NCBI GenBank assembly: GCA_964016885.1
Contig: OZ024748.1
Location: forward strand, 32,426,001 to 32,490,000
Source: Eledone cirrhosa
Lineage: Eukaryota
Reading direction: 5' to 3'
DNA length: 64,000 nucleotides
A program made the translations under genes and the position numbers. This document shows positions 1 through 15,217 of this stretch, in pieces. A model generated the notes under the pieces. The model searched no databases. It had not been told where the DNA came from and saw nothing but the letters and a program-made list of their open reading frames with translations. The first letter of the stretch is position 1; each line of letters starts with the position of its first letter.

Positions 1-3000
1 ATATTACACATTGTTAAAAGTAATACTATACTTCTAAACTGGTTATATATTACACACTGGTAAAAGTAATACTATACTTCTAAATTAGGTATATCTTACA
101 CACTGCTAAAAGGAATACTATACTTCTAAACAGGTTATATATTACACACTGCTAAAAGTAATACTATAACTCTAAACTGGTTATATATTACACACTGCTA
201 AAAGTAATACTATACCTCTAAACTGGTTATATATTACACACTGCTAAAAGTAATACTATACTTCTAAACTCGTTATATATTACATGCTGCTAAATGTAAT
301 ACTATTCTTCTAATCTGGTTATATATTACACACTGCTAAAGGTAATAATATACTTCTAAACTGGTTATATATTACACACTGTTAAAAGTAATACTATACT
401 TCTAAACTGGTTATATATTACGCACTGCTAAAAGTAATACTATACTTCTAAACTGGTTATATACTACATGCTGCCAAAAGTAATACTATACTTCTAAACT
501 GGTTATATACTACATGCTGCTAAAAGTAATACTATACTTCTAAACAGGTTATATATTACGCACTGCTAAAAGTAATACTATACTTCAAAACTGGTTATAT
601 ACTACATGCTTCTAAAAGTAATATAATACTTCTAAACTGGTTATATATTACATGCTGCTAAAAATAATACTATACTTCTAAACTGGTTATATATTACACA
701 CTGCTAAATGTAATACTATACTTCTAAACTGATTATATATTACACACTGTTAAAATTAATACTATACTTCTAAACTGGATATATATTACGCACTGCTAAA
801 ATTAATACTATACTTCTAAACTGATTATTTATTACATGCCGCTAAAAGTAATACTATACTTCTAAACTGGTTATATATTGCACACTGGTAAAAGTAATAC
901 TATACTTCTAAATTAGGTATATATTACACACTGCTAAAAGTAATACTATATCTCTAAACTGGTTATATATTACACACTGCTAAAAGTAATTCTATACTTC
1001 TAAACTGGTTATATATTACACACTGCTAAAAGTAATACTATACCTCTAAACTGGTTATATATTACATGCTGCTAAAAATAATACTATACTTCTAAACTGG
1101 TTATATATTACACACTGCTAAATGTAATACTATATTTCTAAACTGATTATATATTAGACACTGTTAAAATTAATACTATACTTCTAAACTGGTTATATAT
1201 TACACACTGCTAAAAGTAATACTATACCTCTAAACTGGTTATATATTACACACTGCTAAAATTAATACTATACTTCTAAACTGGTTATATATTACACGCT
1301 GCTAAAAGTAATACTATACTTCTTAATTGGTTATATATTACACACTACTAAAAGTAATACTATACTTCTAAACTGGTTATATATTACACACTGCTAAAAG
1401 TAATACTATACTTCTAAACTGGTTATATATTACGCACTGCTAAAAGTAATATTATACTTCTAGACTGATTATATATTAGATGCCGCTAAAAGTAATACCA
1501 TACTTCTAAACTGGTTATATATTACATGCTGCTAAAAGTGGTACTATACTCCTAAACTGCTTATATACTACATGCTTCTAAAAGTAATATAATACTTCTA
1601 AACTGGTCATATATTACACACTGCTAAAAGTAATACTATACTACTAAACTGGTTATATATTGCACACTGCTAAAAGTAATACAATACCTCTAAACTGGTT
1701 ATATATTACACACTACTAAAAGTAATACTATACTTCTAAACTGGTTATATATTACACACTGCTAAAAGTAATACTTTACTACTAAACTGGTTATATATTG
1801 CACACTGCTAAAAGTAATACTATACTTCTAAACTGGTTATATATTACACACTGCTAAAAGTAATACTATACCTCTAAACTGGTTATATATTACATGCTGC
1901 TAAAAGTAATACTATACTTCTAGACTGGTTATATGTTACATACTGCTAAAAGTAATACTATACTTCTAGACTGGTTATATATTACATACTGCTAAAAGTA
2001 ATACTATACTTCTAAACGGGTTATATACTACATGCTGCTAAATGTAATACTATACTTCTAAACTGGTTATATATTACACACTGCTAAAAGTAATACTATA
2101 CTTCTAAACTAGTTATATATTACACACTGCTAAATGTAATACTATACTTCTAAACTGGTTATATATTACACACTGCTAAAAGTAATACTATACTTCTTAA
2201 CTGGTTATATATTAGATGCTGCTAAAAGTAATACTATACTTCTAAACTGCTTATATACTACATGCTTCTAAAAGTAATATAATACTTCTAAACTCGTTAT
2301 ATATTACACACTGCTAAAAGTAATACTATACTTCTAAACTGGTTTTATATTACACAGTGTTAAAAGTAATACTATACTTCTAAACTGGTTATATATTACG
2401 CACTGCTAAAAGTAATATTATACTTCTAGACTGATTATATATTACATGCCGCCAAAAGTAATACATTACTTCTAAACTGGTTATATATTGCACACTGATA
2501 AAAGTAATACCATACTTCTAAACTGGTTATATATTACACACTGCTAAAAGTAATACTATACTTCTAAACAGGTTATATATTACACACTGCTAAAAGTAAT
2601 ACTATACTTTTAAACAGGTTATATATTACACACTGCTAAAAGTAATACTATACTTCTAAACTGCTTATATACTACATGCTTCTAAAAGTAAGATAATACT
2701 TCTAAACTGGTTATATATTACACACTGCTAAAAGTAATACTATACTTCTAAACTGGTTATATATTACACACTGCTAAAAGTAATACTATACTACTAAACT
2801 GGTTATATATTGCACACTGCTAAAAGTAATGCTATACTTGTAAACAGGTTATATATTACACACTGCTAAAAGTAATACTATATTTCTAAACAGGTTATAT
2901 ATTACACACTGCTAAAGGTAATACTATACTTCTAAACAGGTTATATATTACACACTGCTAAAAGTAATACTATACTTCTAAACTGGTTATATATTACACA

Positions 3001-6000
3001 CTGCTAAAAGTAATACTATACCTCTAAACTGGTTATATATTACATGCTGCTAAAAGTAATACTATACTTCTAGACTGGTTATATGTTACATATTGCTAAA
3101 AGTAATACTATACTTCTAGACTGGTTATATATTACATACTGCTAAAAGTAATACTATACTTCTAAAGGGGTTATATACTACATGCTGCTAAAAGTAATAC
3201 TATACTTCTAAACTGGTTATATATTACACACTGCTAAAAGTAATACTATACTTCTAAACTAGTTATATATTACACACTGCTAAATGTAATACTATACTTC
3301 TAAACTGGTTATATATTACACACTGCTAAAAGTAATACTATACTTCTCAATTGGTTATATATTACACACTACTAAAAGTAATACTATACTCCTAAACTGG
3401 TTATATATTACACACTGCTAAAAGTAATACTATACTTCTAAACTGGTTATATATTACACATTGTTAAAAGTAATACTATACTTCTAAACTGGTTATATAT
3501 TACACACTGGTAAAAGTAATACTATACTTCTAAATTAGGTATATCTTACACACTGCTAAAAGGAATACTATACTTCTAAACAGGTTATATATTACACACT
3601 GCTAAAAGTAATACTATAACTCTAAACTGGTTATATATTACACACTGCTAAAAGTAATACTATACCTCTAAACTGGTTATATATTACACACTGCTAAAAG
3701 TAATACTATACTTCTAAACTCGTTATATATTACATGCTGCTAAATGTAATACTATTCTTCTAAACTGGTTATCTATTACACACTGCTAAAGGTAATAATA
3801 TACTTCTAAACTGGTTATATATTACACACTGTTAAAAGTAATACTATACTTCTAAACTGGTTATATATTACGCACTGCTAAAAGTAATACTATACTTCTA
3901 AACTGGTTATATACTACATGCTGCTAAAAGTAATACTATACTTCTAAACTGGTTATATACTACATGCTGCTAAAAGTAATACTATACTTCTAAACAGGTT
4001 ATATATTACGCACTGCTAAAAGTAATACTATACTTCAAAACTGGTTATATACTACATGCTTCTAAAAGTAATATAATACTTCTAAACTGGTTATATATTA
4101 CATGCTGCTAAAAATAATACTATACTTCTAAACTGGTTATATATTACACACTGCTAAATGTAATACTATACTTCTAAACTGATTATATATTACACACTGT
4201 TAAAATTAATACTATACTTCTAAACTGGATATATATTACGCACTGCTAAAATTAATACTATACTTCTAAACTGATTATTTATTACATGCCGCTAAAAGTA
4301 ATACTATACTTCTAAACTGGTTATATATTGCACACTGTTAAAAGTAATACTATACTTCTAAATTAGGTATATATTACACACTGCTAAAAGTAATACTATA
4401 TCTCTAAACTGGTTATATATTACACACTGCTAAAAGTAATTCTATACTTCTAAACTGGTTATATATTACACACTGCTAAAAGTAATACTATACCTCTAAA
4501 CTGGTTATATATTACATGCTGCTAAAAATAATACTATACTTCTAAACTGGTTATATATTACACACTGCTAAATGTAATACTATACTTCTAAACTGATTAT
4601 ATATTACACACTGTTAAAATTAATACTATACTTCTAAACTGGTTATATATTACACACTGCTAAAAGTAATACTATACCTCTAAACTGGTTATATACTACA
4701 CACTGCTAAAATTAATACTATACTTCTAAACTGGTTATATATTACACGCTGCTAAAAGTAATACTATACTTCTTAATTGGTTATATATTACACACTACTA
4801 AAAGTAATACTATACTTCTAAACTGGTTATATATTACACACTGCTAAAAGTAATACTATACTTCGAAACTGGTTATATGTTACGCACTGCTAAAAGTAAT
4901 ATTATACTTCTAGACTGATTATATATTAGATGCCGCTAAAAGTAATACCATACTTCTAAACTGGTTATATATTACATGCTGCTAAAAGTGGTACTATACT
5001 CCTAAACTGCTTATATACTACATGCTTCTAAAAGTAATATAATACTTCTAAACTGGTTATATATTACACACTGCTAAAAGTAATACTATACTATTAAACT
5101 GGTTATATATTGCACACTGCTAAAAGTAATACTATACCTCTAAACTGGTTATATATTACACACTACTAAAAGTAATACTATACTTCTAAACTGGTTATAT
5201 ATTACACACTGCTAAAAGTAATACTTTACTACTAAACTGGTTATATATTGCACACTGCTAAAAGTAATACTATACTTCTAAACTGGTTATATATTACACA
5301 CTGCTAAAAGTAATACTATACCTCTAAACTGGTTATATATTACATGCTGCTAAAAGTAATACTATACTTCTAGACTGGTTATATATTACATACTGCTAAA
5401 AGTAATACTATACTTCTAAACGGGTTATATACTACATGCTGCTAAAAGTAATACTATACTTCTAAACTGGTTATATATTACACACTGCTAAAAGTAATAC
5501 TATACTTCTAAACTAGTTATATATTACACACTGCTAAATGTAATACTATACTTCTAAACTGGTTATATATTACACACTGCTAAAAGTAATACTATACTTC
5601 TTAACTGGTTATATATTAGATGCTGCTAAAAGTAATACTATACTTCTAAACTGCTTATATACTACATGCTTCTAAAAGTAATATAATACTTCTAAACTGG
5701 TTATATATTACACATTGTTAAAAGTAATACTATACTTCTAAACTGGTTATATATTACACACTGGTAAAAGTAATACTATACTTCTAAATTAGGTATATCT
5801 TACACACTGCTAAAAGGAATACTATACTTCTAGACAGGTTATATATTACACACTGCTAAAAGTAATACTATAACTCTAAACTGGTTATATATTACACACT
5901 GCTAAAAGTAATACTATACCTCTAAACTGGTTATATATTACACACTGCTAAAGTAATACTATACTTCTAAACTCGTTACATATTACATGCTGCTAAATGT

Positions 6001-9000
6001 AATACTATTCTTCTAAACTGGTTATATATTACACACTGCTAAAGGTAATAATATACTTCTAAACTGGTTATATATTACACACTGTTAAAAGTAATACTAT
6101 ACTTCTAAACTGGTTATATATTACTCACTGCTAAAAGTAATACTATACTTCTAAACTGGTTATATACTACATGCTGCTAAAAGTAATACTATACTTCTAA
6201 ACTGGTCATATACTACATGCTGCTAAAAGTAATACTATACTTCTAAACAGCTTATATATTACGCACTGCTAAAAGTAATACTATACTTCAAAACTGGTTA
6301 CATACTACATGCTTCTAAAAGTAATATAATACTTCTAAACTGGTTATATATTACATGCTGCTAAAAATAATACTATACTTCTAAACTGGTTATATATTAC
6401 ACACTGCTAAATGTAATACTATACTTCTAAACTGATTATTTATTACACACTGTTAAAATTAATACTATACTTCTAAACTGGATATATATTACGCACTGCT
6501 AAAATTAATACTATACTTCTAAACTGATTATTTATTACATGCCGCTAAAAGTAATACTATACTTCTAAACTGGTTATATATTGCACACTGGTAAAAGTAA
6601 TACTATACTTCTAAATTAGGTATATATTACACACTGCTAAAAGTAATACTATATCTCTAAGCTGGTTATATATTACACACTGCTAAAAGTAATTCTATAC
6701 TTCTAAACTGGTTATATATTACACACTGCTAAAAGTAATACTATACCTCTAAACTGGTTATATATTACATGCTGCTAAAAATAATACTATACTTCTAAAC
6801 TGGTTATATATTACACACTGCTAAATGTAATACTATACTTCTAAACTGATTATATATTACACACTGTTAAAATTAATACTATACTTCTAAACTGGTTATA
6901 TATTACACACTGCTAAAAGTAATACTATACCTCTAAACTGGTTATATATTACACACTGCTAAAATTAATACTATACTTCTAAACTGGTTATATATTACAC
7001 GCTGCTAAAAGTAATACTATACTTCTTAATTGGTTATATATTACACACTACTAAAAGTAATACTATACTTCTAAACTGGTTATATATTACACACTGCTAA
7101 AAGTAATACTATACTTCTAAACTGGTTATATATTACGCACTGCTAAAAGTAATATTATACTTCTAGACTGATTATATATTAGATGCCGCTAAAAGTAATA
7201 CCATACTTCTAAACTGGGTATATATTACATGCTGCTAAAAGTGGTATTATACTCCTAAACTGCTTATATACTACATGCATCTAAAAGTAATATAATACTT
7301 CTAAACTGGTTATATATTACACACTGCTAAAAGTAATACTATACTACTAAACTGGTTATATATTGCACACTGCTAAAAGTAATACTATACCTCTAAACTG
7401 GTTATATGTTACACACTACTAAAAGTAATACTATACTTCTAAACTGGTTATATATTACACACTGCTAAAAGTAATACTTTACTACTAAACTGGTTATATA
7501 TTGCACACTGCTAAAAGTAATACTATACTTCTAAACTGGTTATATATTACACACTGCTAAAAGTAATACTATACCTCTAAACTGGTTATATATTACATGC
7601 TGCTAAAAGTAATACTATACTTCTAGACTGGTTATATATTACATACTGCTAAAAGTAATACTATACTTCTAAACGGGTTATATACTACATGCTGCTAAAA
7701 GTAATACTATACTTCTAAACTGGTTATATATTACACACTGCTAAAAGTAATACTATACTTCTAAACTAGTTATATATTACACACTGCTAAATGTAATACT
7801 ATACTTCTAAACTGGTTATATATTACACACTGCTAAAAGTAATACTATACTTCTTAACTGGTTATATATTAGATGCTGCTAAAAGTAATACTATACTTCT
7901 AAACTGCTCATATACTACATGCTTCTAAAAGTAATATAATACTTCTAAACTGGTTATATATTACACATTGTTAAAAGTAATACTATACTTCTAAACTGGT
8001 TATATATTACACACTGGTAAAAGTAATACTATACTTCTAAATTAGGTATATCTTACACACTGCTAAAAGGAATACTATACTTCTAAACAGGTTATATATT
8101 ACACACTGCTAAAAGTAATACTATAACTCTAAACTGGTTATATATTACACGCTGCTAAAAGTAATACTATACCTCTAAACTGGTTATATATTACACACTG
8201 CTAAAAGTAATACTATACTTCTAAACTCGTTATATATTACATGCTGCTAAATGTAATACTATTCTTCTAAACTGGTTATATATTACACACTGTTAAAAGT
8301 AATACTATACTTCTAAACTGGTTATATATTACGCACTGCTAAAAGTAATACTATACTTCTAAACTGGTTATATACTACATGCTGCTAAAAGTAATACTAT
8401 ACTTCTAAACTGGTTATATACTACATGCTGCTAAAAGTAATACTATACTTCTAAACAGGTTATATATTACGCACTGCTAAAAGTAATACTATACTTCAAA
8501 ACTGGTTATATACTACATGCTTCTAAAAGTAATATAATACTTCTAAACTGGTTATATATTACATGCTGCTAAAAATAATACTATACTTCTAAACTGGTTA
8601 TATATTACACGCTGCTAAATGTAATACTATACTTCTAAACTGATTATATATTACACACTGTTAAAATTAATAGTATACTTCTAAACTGGATATATATTAC
8701 GCACTGCTAAAATTAATACTATACTTCTAAACTGATTATTTATTACATGCCGCTAAAAGTAATACTATACTTCTAAACTGGTTATATATTGCACACTGGT
8801 AAAAGTAATACTATACTTCTAAATTAGGTATATATTACACACTGCTAAAAGTAATACTATATCTCTAAACTGGTTATATATTACACACTGCTAAAAGTAA
8901 TTCTATACTTCTAAACTGGTTATATATTACACACTGATAAAAGTAATACTATACCTCTAAACTGGTTATATATTACATGCTGCTAAAAATAATACTATAC

Positions 9001-12000
9001 TTCTAAACTGGTTATATATTACACACTGCTAAATGTAATACTATACTTCTAAACTGATTATATATTACACACTGTTAAAATTAATACTATACTTCTAAAC
9101 TGGTTATATATTACACACTGCTAAAAGTAATACTATACCTCTAAACTGGTTATATATTACACACTGCTAAAATTAATACTATACTTCTAAACTGGTTATA
9201 TATTACACGCTGCTAAAAGTAATACTATACTTCTTAATTGGTTATATATTACACACTACTAAAAGTAATACTATACTTCTAAACTGGTTATATATTACAC
9301 ACTGCTAAAAGTAATACTATACTTCTAAACTGGTTATATATTACGCACTGCTAAAAGTAATATTATACTTCTAGTCTGATTATATATTAGATGCCGCTAA
9401 AAGTAATACCATACTTCTAAACTGGTTATATATTACATGCTGCTAAAAGTGGTACTATACTCCTAAACTGCTTATATACTACATGCTTCTAAAAGTAATA
9501 TAATACTTCTAAACTGGTTATATATTACACACTGCTAAAAGTAATACTATACTACTAAACTGGTTATATATTGCACACTGCTAAAAGTAATACTATACCT
9601 CTAAACTGGTTATATATTACACACTACTAAAAGTAATACTATACTTCTAAACTGGTTATATATTACACACTGCTAAAAGTAATACTTTACTACTAAACTG
9701 GTTATATATTGCACACTGCTAAAAGTAATACTATACTTCTAAACTGGTTATATATTACACACTGCTAAAAGTAATACTATACCTCTAAACGGGTTATATA
9801 TTACATGCTGCTAAAAGTAATACTATACTTCTAGACTGGTTATATATTACATACTGCTAAAAGTAATACTATACTTCTAAACGGGTTATATACTACATGC
9901 TGCTAAAAGTAATACTATACTTCTAAACTGGTTATATATTACACACTGCTAAAAGTAATACTATACTTCTAAACTAGTTATATATTACACACTGCTAAAT
10001 GTAATACTATAATTCTCAACTGGTTATATATTACACACTGCTAAAAGTAATACTATACTTCTTAACTGGTTATATTTTAGATGCTGCTAAAAGTAATACT
10101 ATACTTCTAAACTGCTTATATACTACATGCTTCTAAAAGTAATATAATACTTCTAAACTGGTTATATATTACACATTGTTAAAAGTAATACTATACTTCT
10201 AAACTGGTTATATATTACACACTGGTAAAAGTAATACTATACTTCTAAATTAGGTATATCTTACACACTGCTAAAAGTAATACTATACTTCTAAACAGGT
10301 TATATATTACACACTGCTAAAAGTAATACTATACTTCTAAACTCGTTATATATTACATGCTGCTAAATGTAATACTATTCTTCTAAACTGGTTATATATT
10401 ACACACTGCTAAAGGTAATAATATACTTCTAAACTGGTTATATATTACACACTGTTAAAAGTAATACTATACTTCTAAACTGGTTATATATTACGCACTG
10501 CTAAAAGTAATACTATACTTCAAAACTGGTTATATACTACATGCTTCTAAAAGTAATATAATACTTCTAAACTGGTTATATATTACATGCTGCTAAAAAT
10601 AATACTATACTTCTAAACTGGTTATATATTACACACTGCTAAATGTAATACTATACTTCTAAACTGATTATATATTACACACTGTTAAAATTAATAGTAT
10701 ACTTCTAAACTGGATATATATTACGCACTGCTAAAATTAATACTATACTTCTAAACTGATTATTTATTACATGCCGCTAAAAGTAATACTATACTTCTAA
10801 ACTGGTTATATATTGCACACTGGTAAAAGTAATACTATACTTCTAAATTAGGTATATATTACACACTGCTAAAAGTAATACTATATCTCTAAACTGGTTA
10901 TATATTACACACTGCTAAAAGCAATTCTATACTTCTAAACTGGTTATATATTACACACTGCTAAAAGTAATACTATACCTCTAAACTGGTTATATATTAC
11001 ATGCTGCTAAAAATAATACTATACTTCTAAACTGGTTATATATTACACACTGCTAAATGTAATACTATACTTCTAAACTGATTATATATTACACACTGTT
11101 AAAATTAATACTATACTTCTAAACTGGTTATATATTACACACTGCTAAAAGTAATACTATACCTCTAAACTGGTTATATATTACACACTGCTAAAATTAA
11201 TACTATACTTCTAAACTGGTTATATATTACACGCTGCTAAAAGTAATACTATACTTCTTAATTGGTTATATATTACACACTACTAAAAGTAATACTATAC
11301 TTCTAAACTGGTTATATATTACACAGTGCTAAAAGTAATACTATACTTCTAAACTGGTTATATATTACGCACTGCTAAAAGTAATATTATACTTCTAGAC
11401 TGATTATATATTAGATGCCGCTAAAAGTAATACCATACTTCTAAACTGGTTATATATTACATGCTGCTAAAAGTGGTACTATACTCCTAAACTGCTTATA
11501 TACTACATGCTTCTAAAAGTAATATAATACTTCTAAACTGGTTATATATTACACACTACTAAAAGTAATACTATACTTCTAAACTGGTTATATATTACAC
11601 ACTGCTAAAAGTAATACTTTACTACTAAACTGGTTATATATTGCACACTGCTAAAAGTAATACTATACTTCTAAACTGGTTATATATTACACACTGCTAA
11701 AAGTAATACTATACCTCTAAACTGGTTATATATTACATGCTGCTAAATGTAATACTATACTTCTAGACTGGTTATATATTACATACTGCTAAAAGTAATA
11801 CTATACTTCTAAACGGGTTATATACTACATGCTGCTAAAAGTAATACTATACTTCTAAACTGGTTATATATTACACACTGCTAAAAGTAATACTATACTT
11901 CTAAACTAGTTATATATTACACACTGCTAAATATAACACTATACTTCTAAACTGGTTATATATTACACACTGCTAAAAGTAATACTATACTTCTTAACTG

Positions 12001-12100
12001 GTTATATATTAGATGCTGCTAAAAGTAATACTATACTTCTAAACTGCTTATATACTACATGCTTCTAAAAGTAATATAATACTTCTAAACTCGTTATATA
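1..12100. repeat. Higher-order repeat of about 48-49 monomers (about 2.2 kb); first copy extended to 75 monomers
   Basis: The marker series CACATTGTT / CTGGTAAAA...AATTAGGTATATCTT starts at 1, 3451, 5705, 7958 and 10166. The spacings are 3450 (75x46), 2254 (49x46), 2253 (49x46-1, from a 1-bp deletion near 5950) and 2208 (48x46). Confidence 0.9.
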
Positions 12101-14000
12101 TTACACACTGCTAAAAGTAATACTATACTTCTAAACTGGTTTTATATTACACACTGTTAAAAGTAATACTATACTTCTAAACTGGTTTTATATTACGCAC
12201 TGCTTAAAGTAATATTATACTTCTAGACTGATTATATATTACATGCCGCCAAAAGTAATACATTACTTCTAAACTGGTTATATATTGCACACTGATAAAA
12301 GTAATACCATACTTCTAAACTGGTTATATATTACACACTGCTAAAAGTAATACTATACTTTTAAACAGGTTATATATTACACACTGCTAAAAGTAATACT
12401 ATACTTCTAAACAGGTTATATATTACACACTGCTAAAAGTAATACTATACTTCTAAACTGCTTATATACTACATGCTTCTAAAAGTAAGATAATACTTCT
12501 AAACTGGTTATATATTACACACTGCTAAAAGTAATACTATACTTCTAAACTGGTTATATATTACACACTGCTAAAAGTAATACTATACTACTAAACTGGT
12601 TATATATTGCACACTGCTAAAAGTAATGCTATACTTGTAAACAGGTTATATATTACACACTGCTAAAAGTAATACTATACTTCTAAACAGGTTATATATT
12701 ACACACTGCTAAAGGTAATACTATACTTCTAAACAGGTTATATATTACACACTGCTAAAAGTAATACTATACTTCTAAACTGGTTATATATTACACACTG
12801 CTAAAAGTAATACTATACCTCTAAACTGGTTATATATTACATGCTGCTAAAAGTAATACTATACTTCTAGACTGGTTATATGTTACATACTGCTAAAAGT
12901 AATACTATACTTCTAGACTGGTTATATATTACATACTGCTAAAAGTAATACTATACTTCTAAACGGGTTATATACTACATGCTGTTAAAAGTAATACTAT
13001 ACTTCTAAACTGGTTATATATTACACACTGCTAAAAGTAATACTATACTTCTAAACTAGTTATATATTACACACTGCTAAATGTAATACTATACTTCTAA
13101 ACTGGTTATATATTACACACTGCTAAAAGTAATACTATACTTCTTAACTGGTTATATATTAGATGCTGCTAAAAGTAATACTATACTTCTAAACTGCTTA
13201 TATACTACATACTTCTAAAAGTAATATAATACTTCTAAACTCGTTATATATTACACACTGCTAAAAGTAATACTATACTGCTAAACTGGTTTTATATTGC
13301 ACACTGTTAAAAGTAATACTATACTTCTAAACTGGTTATATATTACGCACTGCTAAAAGTAATATTATACGTCTAGACTGATTATATATTACATGCCGCC
13401 AAAAGTAATACATTACTTCTAAACTGGTTATATATTGCACACTGATAAAAGTAATACCATACTTCTAAACTGGTTATATATTACACACTGCTAAAAGTAA
13501 TACTATAATTCTAAACAGGTTATATATTACACACTGCTAAAAGTAATACTATACTTCTAAACAGGTTATATGTTACACACTGCTAAAAGTAATACTATAC
13601 TTCTAAACTGCTTATATACTACATGCTTCTAAAAGTAATATAATACTTCTAAACTGATTATATATTACACACTGCTAAAAGTAATACTATACTTCTAAAC
13701 TGGTTATATATTACACAATGCTAAAAGTAATACTATACTACTAAACTGGTTATATATTGCACACCGCTAAAAGTAATGCTATACTTGTAAACAGGTTATA
13801 TATTACACACTGCTAAAAGTAATACTATACTTCTAAACAGGTTATACATTACACACTGCTAAAGGTAATACTATACTTCTAAACAGGTTATATATTACAC
13901 ACTGCTAAAAGTAATACTATACTTCTAAACAGGTTATATATTACACACTGCTAAATGTAATACTATAACTCTAAACTGGTTATATATTACACACTGCTAA
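11700..14000. repeat. Older 25-monomer (1150 bp) tandem duplication nested inside larger blocks
   Basis: AAACGGG at 11811/12961 and ACATGCCGCC at 12241/13391. The same 1150 spacing appears at 1931/3081 and 35981/37131. Confidence 0.82.
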
Positions 14001-14849
14001 AAGTAATACTATACCTCTAAACTAGTTATATATTACACACTGCTAAAAGAAATACTATACTTCTAAACTGGTTATATGTTACATGCTGCTAAAAGTAATA
14101 CTATACTTCTAAACTGGTTATATACTACATACTTCCAAAAGTAATACTATACTTCTAAACTGGTTATATATTACACACTGCTAAAAGTAATACTATACCT
14201 CTAAACTGGTTATATATTACATGCTGCTAAAAGTAATACTGTATTTCTAAACTTGTTATATATTACACACTGCTAAAACCAATACTATACTTCTAAACTA
14301 GTTATATATTACACACTCCTAAAAGTAACACTATACCTCTAAACTTGTTGTATATTACATGCTGCTAAAAGTAATACTATACTTCTAGACTGGTTATATA
14401 TCACATACTGCTAAATGTAATACTATACTTCTAAACTGGTTATATATTACACACTGCTAAAAGTAATACTATACTTCTAAACTGGTTATATATTACACAC
14501 TGCTAAAAGTAGTTCTATACTTCTAAACTGGTTATATATTACATGCGGCTAAATGTAATACTATTCTTCTAAATTGGTTACATACTACATGCTTCTAAAA
14601 GTAATACTATAGTTCTAAACTGGTTATATATTACACACTGTTAAAATTAATAGTATACTTCTAAACTGGATATATATTACGCACTGCTAAAATTAATACT
14701 ATACTTCTAAACTGATTATTTATTACATGCCGCTAAAAGTAATACTATACTTCTAAACTGGTCATATATTGCACACTGGTAAAAGTAATACTATACTTCT
14801 AAATTAGGTATATATTACACACTGCTAAAAGTAATACTATATCTCTAAA

Positions 14850-14875
14850 CTGGTTGTATATTACATGCTGCTAAA
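14850..14875. repeat. Single truncated 26-bp monomer
   Basis: CTGGTTGTATATTACATGCTGCTAAA is followed directly by CTGG; the 20 bp between the two CTAAA motifs are missing. Confidence 0.93.
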
Positions 14876-15105
14876 CTGGTTATATATTACACACTGCTAA
14901 AAGTAATACTATACTTCTAAACTGGTTATATATTACACACTGCTAAAAGTAGTTCTATACTTCTAAACTGGTTATATATTACATGCGGCTAAATGTAATA
15001 CTATTCTTCTAAATTGGTTACATACTACATGCTTCTAAAAGTAATACTATAGTTCTAAACTGGTTATATATTACACACTGCTAAAAGTAACACTATACCT
15101 CTAAA

Positions 15106-15217
15106 CTGGTTGTATATTACATGCTGCTAAACTGGTTATATATTACATGCTGCTAAACTGGTTGTATATTACATGCTGCTAAACTGGTTATATATTACAC
15201 TTCTACATACTTCTAAA
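15106..15217. repeat. 112-bp cassette of truncated monomers (3x26 bp + 34 bp), copy 1
   Basis: CTGGTT(G/A)TATATTACATGCTGCTAAA at 15106, 15132 and 15158, then CTGGTTATATATTACACTTCTACATACTTCTAAA at 15184. Confidence 0.95.
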
